Shown here: piece by piece, positions 62,868-64,000 of the stretch
How positions within the stretch are numbered: position 1 is the first letter of the stretch
How the letters are laid out: every line of letters begins with the position of its first letter
Virus record (IMG/VR): IMGVR_UViG_3300042566_001780
Span: 1 to 64,000 of that record
Length of the DNA stretch: 64,000 bases
Strand: one strand, 5' to 3'
Made by a program: the position numbers and the translations under genes
The notes under the pieces: generated by a model
Told to the model about the DNA's origin: nothing
Database searches by the model: none
What the model saw: only the letters and a program-made list of their open reading frames with translations

Positions 62868-64000
62868 ATGACACGCCCGTTTGACTTATCTCTTAATCGA
62901 GAAATTGAGGAATCTAGTCCTCTACATTGGAGAAAATTTTGGCCAAATCTCCAACGTATACATCCTACTAAAGTAGCATTACGCCAATCTATTATTTTGT
63001 GGGTAGCAAACCTGCATTATTCATGTCAAATGAATCCCCGCGGGTTCAACTATACTGAAATCCGTCTTACTGATTTGCGTCAGCAAGTCCGCGATTATCG
63101 AGTCATTATTGATTATTTCTTTGAAGTTGATCAACGCGGTTTTTGCATAGATGCTGATCATTATGAGGTGTCTCGCTTAATCCCTAAAGAAATTGGGTTT
63201 GAATTATCCCAAGAGATCAAGTTGGAAATCCCAAAGGCAGCATATATACCTCCTTCAAAACCAAAAGATGGTACTGTGTCAACAGTAAACATCTTCAATC
63301 GGGATAGTATAGAACAGCTTTTACTAGAAAATAAGCGCTATGATCTTTGGCCCCAAGTTAAGTGGCTGATAAATCAAGGCGATGCGGTAGAGTTTATTTT
63401 TCAGAAAAGTGGAAAACTTCAACAACGCGATACTAGCATTTGGCCTATTCAAGCAATTGAGACTTGGCCCTCTTGGCTGAGAGAAAAGTTATTTGGACCT
63501 GGGATTGACCTTGATTCTGCATATGTTCAGTTTATGATCAAGTCAGTGCAACCGTGCTATGATTCATTTCATAGTATGAAAACCGCTATACCAGATTTAG
63601 TTGATTTGATTTATGACAAAGAGCAATTTAGAAAATATCTGTGTCAAGATGTAATGAATTTGCCATACACAGAGAATAATATCAAGAGCATAAAACAGAT
63701 CATCATGGCTATTGCCAATGGATCTCGAATATCTGCAGATCTGACAAAATGCAGCAATTATTCTGAATCAGCAAAATTGCTTGTTGAATGTATGCGTGAT
63801 TCAAATGAAGAATATTTGGTCAAAGCTGCTAATAGGTTTCAACAAATTTCCCATCAATTTAGTACAGCTAAAAAGATGGCGTGTTTATATCTTACTAAAA
63901 GACATCCATCACGACTAAATCAAAAAGTAATTTTCAGAAACTATTTTGAGTGGGAAAGAACTGCGCGATATGCTATTTGGGAAGAATGTGGCCGACACGG
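62868..64000 (+). CDS. PolA-superfamily-like protein, 3' end outside window
   Basis: Not in the ORF track; open from ATG 62868 to the window end with no stop (translated by hand); SGKLQQ..., GIDLDSAYVQF, IKSIKQIIMAIANG. Confidence 0.6.
   Translation, partial: MTRPFDLSLNREIEESSPLHWRKFWPNLQRIHPTKVALRQSIILWVANLHYSCQMNPRGFNYTEIRLTDLRQQVRDYRVIIDYFFEVDQRGFCIDADHYEVSRLIPKEIGFELSQEIKLEIPKAAYIPPSKPKDGTVSTVNIFNRDSIEQLLLENKRYDLWPQVKWLINQGDAVEFIFQKSGKLQQRDTSIWPIQAIETWPSWLREKLFGPGIDLDSAYVQFMIKSVQPCYDSFHSMKTAIPDLVDLIYDKEQFRKYLCQDVMNLPYTENNIKSIKQIIMAIANGSRISADLTKCSNYSESAKLLVECMRDSNEEYLVKAANRFQQISHQFSTAKKMACLYLTKRHPSRLNQKVIFRNYFEWERTARYAIWEECGRH

Overview
AT-rich segment of a large lytic myovirus (jumbo phage distantly related to T4). 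The gene set and order resemble the RaK2/GAP32/XacN1-like jumbo phages; this is inferred, and the host cannot be determined here. Layout: (1) 1-5.8 kb is a translation/RNA island. It has six tRNAs (Asn, Leu, Arg, Ser, Cys, Val; several non-canonical), a tRNA-like RNA with a ~85-nt insert in place of the anticodon loop, and several inter-tRNA structured RNAs. It also has a RelE/YafQ-like toxin with a coupled acidic partner, an RF1-type release factor interrupted by an in-frame TGA, ClpS, and a ROT/TROVE-like-TerD protein preceded by two covarying copies of an RNA motif. (2) 6.5-10.7 kb encodes the Mre11/Rad50 (gp47/gp46) recombination nuclease, whose Rad50 is split in two by an atypically split intein, plus the gp55-like late sigma factor. 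(3) 10.8-40.8 kb is the baseplate/tail module with spanins, an M23+GH108 lysin and PAAR. (4) 40.8-64 kb holds probable head-internal proteins and the replication module (helicase, primase, RNase H, clamp, kinase, exonucleases, Holliday resolvase). Its family B polymerase is split into two genes, the second interrupted by a 236-nt group I intron. A PolA-fold ORF runs off the window end. A CTAAATAG late-promoter motif and a TGTGATANAAT early-promoter motif recur. All protein assignments come from motif recognition by eye; no searches were run.
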